A stretch of DNA of 64,000 bases from the human T2T-CHM13v2.0 reference genome, Homo sapiens, in the NCBI RefSeq assembly GCF_009914755.1, contig NC_060938.1; one strand, given 5' to 3'. Shown piece by piece: positions 56,426 to 64,000 of this stretch. Under the pieces are notes generated by a model, which saw only the letters and a list, made by a program, of their open reading frames with translations, was not told the origin of the DNA and did not search any database. Numbering within the stretch: position 1 is the stretch's first letter; each line of letters starts with the position of its first letter. A program made the translations under genes and the position numbers.

Positions 56426-56758
56426 CTAAGCCAAGAAGATCTGGGAAGGAGTCAGAGAGCCTTGGGCCAGAGTTCCAGGGGCTCTGGGACTGGCTGCCAG
56501 GTGAGTTGGACAGTGCGATTTCCAGTGGGGTCCTGCACAGATGGGACATGGCTTAGGAGGAATCCCAGGCTGCAGGCATTCCTTGGCCTGGTGGCCAGAT
56601 TTCTGGCACTTGTAGCAAGCTCCTGGGGGGGGAGGTTCTGGAGGAATGCCTGGCTGCTGCGGTTCAGGCGTTTGGAAGTTCTTGTGTGCTGGAGATGTGG
56701 CTGGGGTTTGTCTCACAGTGGAGGCAAGGAATTGCAACTTTTTTCTATTATTGTACAC
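56426..56758 (-). pseudogene. gag: HERV-H gag nucleocapsid remnant (provirus B)
   Basis: Two CCHC knuckles in frame: CYKCQKSGHQAKEC and CPICAGPHWKSHC. Confidence 0.88.
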
Positions 56759-57713
56759 CTTGAAGGCAAGGTTAATTAAATCCTGTTCTGGGGTTTGAGG
56801 GCCGGAATTTAATTTTTGTTTTATTTAATGTCGGGAGCAGATTGGGTAATAAATTGTATTTTGTGAATAAGACGGCCTTTTGACCTTTTAGGGTCTAGGG
56901 CTGTAAAGCGTCTCAGGGTTGCTGTCAAACGAGTCATGAACTGGGCTGGATTTTTATATTTGATGAAAAAGAGCCTAAACGCTATCTGATTTGGGATAAA
57001 GAAAAAGGAACATTAACCTTGATTATGCCTTTAGCTCCAGCCAGCTTTTTAAGGGTAAATTGCTGGGCAAGTGGGGGAGGGTTAGTCATGGAATGAAACT
57101 GTAAACCAGACCAGGTGTGAGGAGGGGAGGTGATAAAAGGATTATAGGGTGGAGGAGCCGAGGCTGAGGAAGAATTGGGACCTAGCTTGGCCTGGCAAGA
57201 AGCAGCCTGGGGAGGAGGGGAGACGTCAGATGGATCTGTAGAAAAGGAAGATTAGAAAGACTCAGTGACACTTGGGGTTGGGACTGAGGGGACAGGCGGG
57301 AGGGAAAGAAGGAGGATTTGGGATGAGTTGCCTTGGGAAGAGAGACTAGAGAGGGACCGATGTGTAAAAGAATGCCTGGATGTCAGGCACCTCAGACCAT
57401 TTGCCTATTTTATGACAAGAATTATTTAGATCTTGCAGGATGGAAAAATTGAAAGTGCCGTTTTCCAGCTATTTGGAACTACTGTCCAGTTTGTATTGGA
57501 GTCAAGTGGCATTGCAGAAGAAAATAAGATGCTTAGATTTTAGATCAGGTGAGAGTTGAAGAGGTTTTTAAGTTCTTAGAACACAGGCTAGGGAGAAGAA
57601 GGAGGAATGGAAGGTGGAAGCTTGCTCATAGTGAAGGAGGCAAGCCCAGAGAAAAGAGAGTAGAGACATGGAGAAGGGGTGGGGGGTTCTTGCCCTCCAG
57701 AAAAGCAGAGAAG

Positions 57714-58045
57714 GGGTCGGGGCGCAGAGATACGAGGTTGAGGTGTGGAAATAAGGGATCAGGGTGCAGAGATATAAGAGGTTGGGGAGCAGAAATAAGG
57801 GATGGGGTGCAGAGATATAAGATGGGGCACGGAAATAAGGGATCGGGGTGCAGAGATATAAGAGGTTGGGGTGCAGAAATAAGGGATCAGGGTGCAGAGA
57901 TATAAGAGGTCGGGGCGCAGAAACGGGATCGGGGCGCAGAGATATAAGAGGTTGGGCTGTGGAAATAGGAGATCGGGGCTCAGAGATATAAGATGTCGGG
58001 GAGTGGAAATAAGGGATCAGGGCACAGAGATAGGAGGTTGGGGTA
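57714..58045. repeat. G-rich ~44-bp tandem array in the provirus B leader (~7-8 units)
   Basis: Unit approximately ggggtgcagagatataagaggttggggtgcagaaataagggatc; cagagat recurs 8 times. Confidence 0.9.
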
Positions 58046-58493
58046 CTTGTCCCTCCCCCAGAAAAGCGGGACTTGCCGCTCAGGGTGAAGGAGAAGGGGT
58101 TTGTGGTTTCTTGCCCCTCAGAAAGGCAGAGAAGGGGTAGAGACATGGAGAGAAGGTGTTGGGGTACTTGACCCTACCCCAGAAAAGCAGGACTTGCCGC
58201 TAAGGCTGAATGACGAAGGCAGGCATCCCTGCGTGGTCTGACACCTCTGAAACCTGGGTGAATAATCAGAGGGGTCCCTGCAATGATTAAACACCAAGGG
58301 AAGGCTGCCTTTGCAGTCCATGACCGGGGCCGGAGTTTTGGGTCCACAGATAAAACATGTCTCCTTTGTCTCTACCAGAAAATAAAGGGAATTGAAATTA
58401 AAAGAAGGGAGAGATTGAAGTGTGGTGCCAAGATTGAAAGGAGAAAGAGGCTGAGGCATAGTGAGGGAGGTTGGAGAACAGAGTAAAAAGAGG

Positions 58494-58506
58494 CCACTTA
58501 CCGGAT
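58494..58506 (-). promoter_or_regulatory. HERV-H leader splice donor (provirus B)
   Basis: Minus strand ATCCG|GTAAGT, GT at 58501-58500. Confidence 0.72.
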
Positions 58507-58627
58507 TTGAAATTGGCGAGATGTTTCTTGGGCTGGTTGGTCTGAGGACCTGAGGTCGTAGGGGGATCTTTCTCACAGAGCAAAGAGCAGGAGGACTGGG
58601 TATTGATCTCCCAAGGGAGGTCCCCCG

Positions 58628-58645
58628 ATCCAAGTCACGGTACCA
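58628..58645 (-). other. Primer-binding site, tRNA-His
   Basis: TGGTACCGTGACTTGGAT, 2 mismatches. Confidence 0.9.
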
Positions 58646-58647
58646 AA

Positions 58648-59060
58648 TTTCATGCGCGTCCGTGTGAAGAGACCACCAAACAGGCTTTGTGTGAGCAATA
58701 AAGCTGTTTATTTCACCTGGGTGCAGGTGGGCTGAGTCTGAAAAGAGAGTCAGTGAAGGGAGATAGGGGTGGGGCTGTTTTATAAGATTTGGGTAGGTAA
58801 ACGAAAATTACAGTCAAACGGGGTTGTTGTCTGGCGGGCAGGAGTGGGGGTCACAATGTACTCAGTGGGGGAGCCTTCAAGCCAGGATGAGTCAGGAGAA
58901 GGAATTTCACAAGACAATGTCATTAGTTAAGGCAGGAACAGGCCATTTTCACTTATTTTGTGGTGGAATGTCATCACTTAAGGCAGGAATGGGCTATCTG
59001 GATGTGTACGTGCAGGTCACAGGGGATATGATGGCTTAGCTTAGGCTCAGAGGCATGACA
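58648..59060 (-). promoter_or_regulatory. 5' LTR7 of provirus B (413 bp)
   Basis: LTR adjacent to the PBS; TATAAAA at 58778-58784 on minus. Confidence 0.95.
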
Positions 59061-62000
59061 ATATTGTTGTCCTTTCTTTTGGATATATATCCAGCATGGG
59101 ATTATTGTATTACATGATAGAGGTATTGTAAGTTTTTTGAGGAACTTTAAAACTGTTTTCCATAGTGGCTGCACTGATTTACATTTTTGCTAACAGTCTA
59201 TGAGGGTTCCCCTTTCCCCATATTCTTGCTGTATCTGTTATTATCTGACTTTTTGGTAAAAGCCATTTTAACTGGGGTGAGATAATATCTCATTGTGGTT
59301 TTAACTTGCACTTCTTTGATCAATAGTGATGTTGAGCATTTGTATGTACTTATTTGCTATTTGTATGTCTTTTGAGAAATGTCTATTCAGATATTTTGCC
59401 TATTTTTAAAATTGGATTTTTTCCTGTGGATTTGTTTGAGCTCCTTATATATTCTAGTTATTAATCCCTTGTCAGATGGGTAGTTCACAAAGATTTCTTG
59501 AGTGAAACCTCAAAAGCACAAGCAACTGAAGCAAAAATTGATAGTAGTATCATATCAAGCCAAAAGCTTTTATACAGCATATGAATCAGAAAAGTGCAGA
59601 GACAACCCACAGGATGAAAGAAAATATTTGTAAAAGAAAAAATGTTTTAAAAAGGAAGTATAATTGATATATCAAGAAAAGGAAACAAAATATAATCATA
59701 TAAAATGTTCAATTAAAACCACAAAAGGTAGAAAAATGGTGAAAGACAAAAATAAAAATGAATTATAAGGGTGATGAATAGAAAGCATACATAAATATGG
59801 TAGATATTAATCAAACTACATCAATTATCACTTTAAATGTGAATGGTATTAATATTCCACTTAAAAGACAGATATTGTCAGAGTGGAACAAAATCTGACC
59901 CAACTATATGTTGTCTACAATAAACACCCTTTAAATATCAAGACACATATAGATTAAAAGTAAAGGCATGGAGAAAGATATACCACTATAAAACTAGTCA
60001 AAAGAAAGTTGGAGGAGCTGTGTTAATTTCAGATAGAGCAAACTTCAGAGCAAGAAAAATTATCAGTGGTCAATTCTTCGGGAAGAAAAAAAACCCTTAA
60101 TGTGTATGTGAATAATAACAGAGCATCAAAATACATGAGGCAAATAGTAATAGCACTTCAAGGAGAAATCAATGAATCAGATATTATAGTTGGAGACTTC
60201 AATGCCCATTTATTAGATCTAACAGGCAGAAAAGGCAGGAGAGATATGGTTGAACTCAACAGCACCATTAATTCACTGGATATAATTTGCATCTGTAGAC
60301 TACTTTATCCAACAAAGTGAATACATATGTTTCTCAAGCCCACATTGAACTTTTTCTAAGAGAGATCACATTTCTGTTAGAATGTGAAAACTCACCTTAA
60401 CAAATTTTTAAAAATAGATATATAATGAATGCTCTAAGAAAACAATGGCATTAAACTGGAAATAAGTAACCAAAAAGATAGCTGAAAGTACTTGGAAATT
60501 AAACAAAATACCTGGAAATTAAACACCACATTTCTAAATAATATATAAGTCTAATAATAAGTCACAAAGGGTTTCTAAAAATTATTTTGAAAATAAAAAT
60601 ACAATTTATCAAACTTTGTAGGATGCAGGAAAAGTAGTGCTCATAGAAAAATATATAGCATTGAAATAATATGTTAGAAAATAAAAAAGATCTAAAATTA
60701 GTAATCTAAATTTCCACCTTAGAAAATTAAAAAAGGAAGAGCAAATGAGTTCCAAACTTACTAGAAGAAAAGGAATAATAAAAATTAGAGGCAAAATTGA
60801 AAAAAAAAAAGTGCTAGTAGAGAAAATCAACAACAATAGAAGTTGGTTCTTTCAAAAGATTCATAAAATCAATAAGCCTCTAGGCAGTCTACCTAAGAGA
60901 AAAAAGAGTGAAGGGACAAATTAGTATGATCACAAATGAAAGAGAGGACATCAACTGCAGCTCACAAGCACATTTAAAGAATAATAAAAATGATGAATAA
61001 TCCTATGCACACACATTTGGTAACTTAGGTGCAATGAATGAATTCCTTGAAAGTTACAATCTTGCAAAATTCACACAAAAGGAAATAACCTGAACTGCCC
61101 TATATCTATTAGGTAAATTAAATCAGTAAATGATAATGTTATACAACAGAAAGTACCAGGCCCAGATGTGTTCTTTGGTGAATTTTACCAGACATTTAAA
61201 GAAGAAATTATACCAATTCTCTACAATGTCTTCCAATAAATAGAAGTAGAGGGATAGTTCATAACTCTTTCTATAAGTTCAGAATTAACCTAACACCAAA
61301 AACCAAAGGAGCAAAGGCAATATAATAGAGAAAAGTAGTCTTTTCAACAAATGGTGCTGGAACAACTGGACATTCACATGCAAACAAACCAATAAAAATG
61401 AATTCACAGACAGACCTTACATTCCTCAAAATATTAATTTTAATAATATTTTAATATAATAATCAGTCATAAATATACAGTGCAAAAATATAAAACTCCC
61501 AGAGGGTAATATAGACAAAATCTAGATGGCTTTAGGTTTGGTGATGACTTTTTAGATACAACAACAAAGCACAATCCATGAGAGAAATAGTTGATAAATT
61601 GGACTTTCTTAAAATTAAAAACTTTTTCTCTGTGAAAGGTACTGTTAAGAAAATGAGAATGTAAGCCACAGACTTGGAGAAAACCTTTGCAAGACATACC
61701 TGATAAAGAATAGTTGTGCGAAATATACAGAGAACTCTTAAGACTCAAACATAAGAAAAAAACATTAAAAATTGGGCAAAAGATCTGAACAGACACTTAT
61801 TCAAAGATGATATACGTATAGCAAATAAGCACATGAAAAGATGCTTAACATCATATGTCATCAAAAAATTGTAAATTAAATGAGATACTGCTACATATGA
61901 GTTAGGATAGCAAAAGTCCAAAACACTGACACCACCAAATGCTGAAGGAGTGGAGCTGCAGAAACTCTCATTCACTGCTGGTGGGAATGCTATGACAACC

Positions 62001-64000
62001 ACTCTTGAAGACAGTTTGAGTTTCTTACAATACTAAATATACTCTTACCATATAATCTCCTTGATATGTAATTGAGTTGAAAACTAAGTTCCATGCAAAT
62101 ACCAGCCCATGGATGTTTATAGCAGCATTATTCATAATTGCCTAAACTGGGTAGCAGCCAAGATATCCTTTAGCAGGTGACTGACAGAATAAACTGTGGT
62201 ATATCCAGGCAATGAAATATTTATTCATTGCTAAAAAGAAATGAGTTATCAAACCATGTACCCTAATGTAAACTATGGACTTTAGTGTATAACGATGTGT
62301 CAATAGAAGTTCGTCAATTGTTACAAATGCACCACTTTTGTGGGGGATGTTGACAGTGGGGAAAGCTGTGCCTATGCAAGGGAAGGGGGTTCATGAGCAT
62401 TATCTGTACTGTTATCTTAATTTTGCTATGAGCCTAAAACAGCCCTAAAATAATCTATTTTAAAAATATAAATTTTAAAAGGAACCTTAAAATATATCTA
62501 TTATTCCTTTGAATAATTAGAAATTTCTCAGACTCACACTTTTTTGGTGTTAGGTGGGAAAGTAGGCCTAGTTCTAGCCAATGGGCTTTGGGTATAAATT
62601 TTGTCCAGAGTATGTAAGAGTAATAGATCCTCTACCTGACATGGCCATAGCCTCCCTTGGCCTGAATTGCTTAATTACGGTATGGATAACAGATGTTTTG
62701 GATCTGCAGTGGATTTTACTGCAACTGAGCAAGCAAGAGACCTTTGTTGTATTAAGCCACTGAGATTCATGGGTTTGTGGCTATCCCAACATAATATAGA
62801 CCATCTTGATTAATACCATGGTTTGAACGTTTTCAAAATCTAGATGCACACATTTGTGTATGTATGGGTGTTGTATATATTAATGAATATCCTAGTAGAG
62901 TAAATAAGACATAAACACTGAACTAGAATATTATGAAGTTGGCTTATTTAAATATCATGTTTTATATGAGAAAATGCATTGGTCTTGAACTGAAAAACTC
63001 TTGTCATATAAGTTAAAAAGAAAAATAAGAAATAAATAGGAGATGGACTTTAGTCGTAGCTTAAATCAAACTTTTGCATTGGAATTTTACAGCTCCTTTA
63101 TTTGAGAAGTATAAAAAATACTGATAAATATTACTACAAAATGATTTACGGGTTGTATGTACACAATGGGATAACATACAAGTTATACATGCTAATATAA
63201 GGGAGGAAATACATTAAAAAGATGTTTTTATTCAAGAACAGAAAACTAGCCTTTGAATGTAACTATAAGCTTTTTTTTCCCTACCATTACTATTTAATTG
63301 CCTCTCTTATACATTCTTTAGAGGTTTTTGAGAGAAAGTTTTTTGCTTTTAAACTTAACAAATAAATTAAAAACATAAAATAGCTCTTTCTTTCAATAAA
63401 TGTCACATATAAATTTCTAGACTCAAAACAATAGGAAGAGTTGGGTAATTTGTTAGCAATCCATCATCACCACCTGGCATTTCTACTTTCAAAGTAGCTC
63501 TTCAATCACAAAAGACACAGTTTTACTCCCATGTTTAAAATTATATTATGTTTTAAAACTCCAGTCATTATACTTCAAAGAAATTCTAAATTTTTTACTC
63601 TGTCTTAAAGAATCTGAACTCACTCCAATATTATCTAGTCATTCTTATTCTTTTCTAACAGCTTCCTTTGAGTTCCTTGAATTTCATACTCTTTCAGTTT
63701 CAAGGCCTTTGTATAAGCTTTTCTGGAATACTCCTCTTTATCTCCATCATTTCTAACTTTTCCATTAAATGATTATTTTTTATAAGTTAAATGTTCTTTT
63801 GACATATTGGCATTCTAAACTAATATCAAATGATCAATCTTTTAAATGCATAAAGTTGTGTCAACCAGGGCTTGTTGTGGAAAACACACTAGTTGATTTA
63901 AATAGGAAGTAGTTTAACACAGAGAGCAGCTTCTATGATGAGTTTCTCAAAATGATCTCCAAAATGAGTAAGTGCCGATCCTCTAAGGAAGCTCTTTTCC

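Larger units (their letters stand above)
53172..59060 (-). mobile_element. HERV-H provirus B (env-deleted, 5889 bp)
   Basis: Two LTR7s, His PBS, gag/pro/pol remnants; exact TSD ATATT at 53167-53171 and 59061-59065. Confidence 0.97.
52566..59634 (-). mobile_element. L1MA-like 3' fragment with 5' inversion, split by provirus B
   Basis: Antisense L1 3' end 52566-53171 continues at 59061-59491; sense segment 59492-59634; approximate TSD AAAA(G/A)ATGTTTT. Confidence 0.8.
44748..62465 (+). mobile_element. Old near-full-length L1 (L1MC-like), interrupted by nested insertions
   Basis: Collinear 5'UTR, ORF1 (aactacaaaaggtgtaa...|...ccagaaggagaa), EN region (ORF 60066-60320 contains IIVGDFNA), ORF2 C-terminus and L1MC-type 3'UTR (ccctaatgtaaactatggactt). 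Confidence 0.8.

Noticed and set aside
57714-58045. Regularly spaced repeats resembling a CRISPR array
   Set aside because: No unique spacers, no cas genes, and the context is a primate retroviral leader.
57549-58146. 192-aa ORF (longest in the window) and overlapping ORFs
   Set aside because: Open only because they run through the stop-poor leader tandem repeat.
45975-59060. Segmental tandem duplication of a single provirus
   Set aside because: Different TSDs, flanks and internal deletions show separate integrations.

Overview
AT-rich, CpG-poor primate (human-like) genomic DNA, rich in Alu, L1, L2, MIR, MaLR and DNA-transposon remnants, with no recognisable host protein-coding gene; it looks intergenic or intronic. 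The right third is a nested element cluster. An old plus-strand L1MC-like element (~44.7-62.5 kb) carries two co-oriented, minus-strand HERV-H/LTR7 proviruses 1.45 kb apart: 45975-51718 (TSD GATAC) and 53172-59060 (TSD ATATT). The second sits inside a 5'-inverted, twin-primed L1MA-like element that is itself inside the L1MC. The most notable signal is that the two 3' LTRs resemble each other far more than their own 5' LTRs, which points to gene conversion between the neighbouring proviruses. Other oddities are a ~340-bp-arm inverted duplication at 5.6-6.7 kb with a homogenised inner core and several fold-back or template-switch scars. Repeat subfamily names come from recalled consensus sequences and need RepeatMasker/Dfam confirmation. 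I see no evidence of a new protein-coding system.
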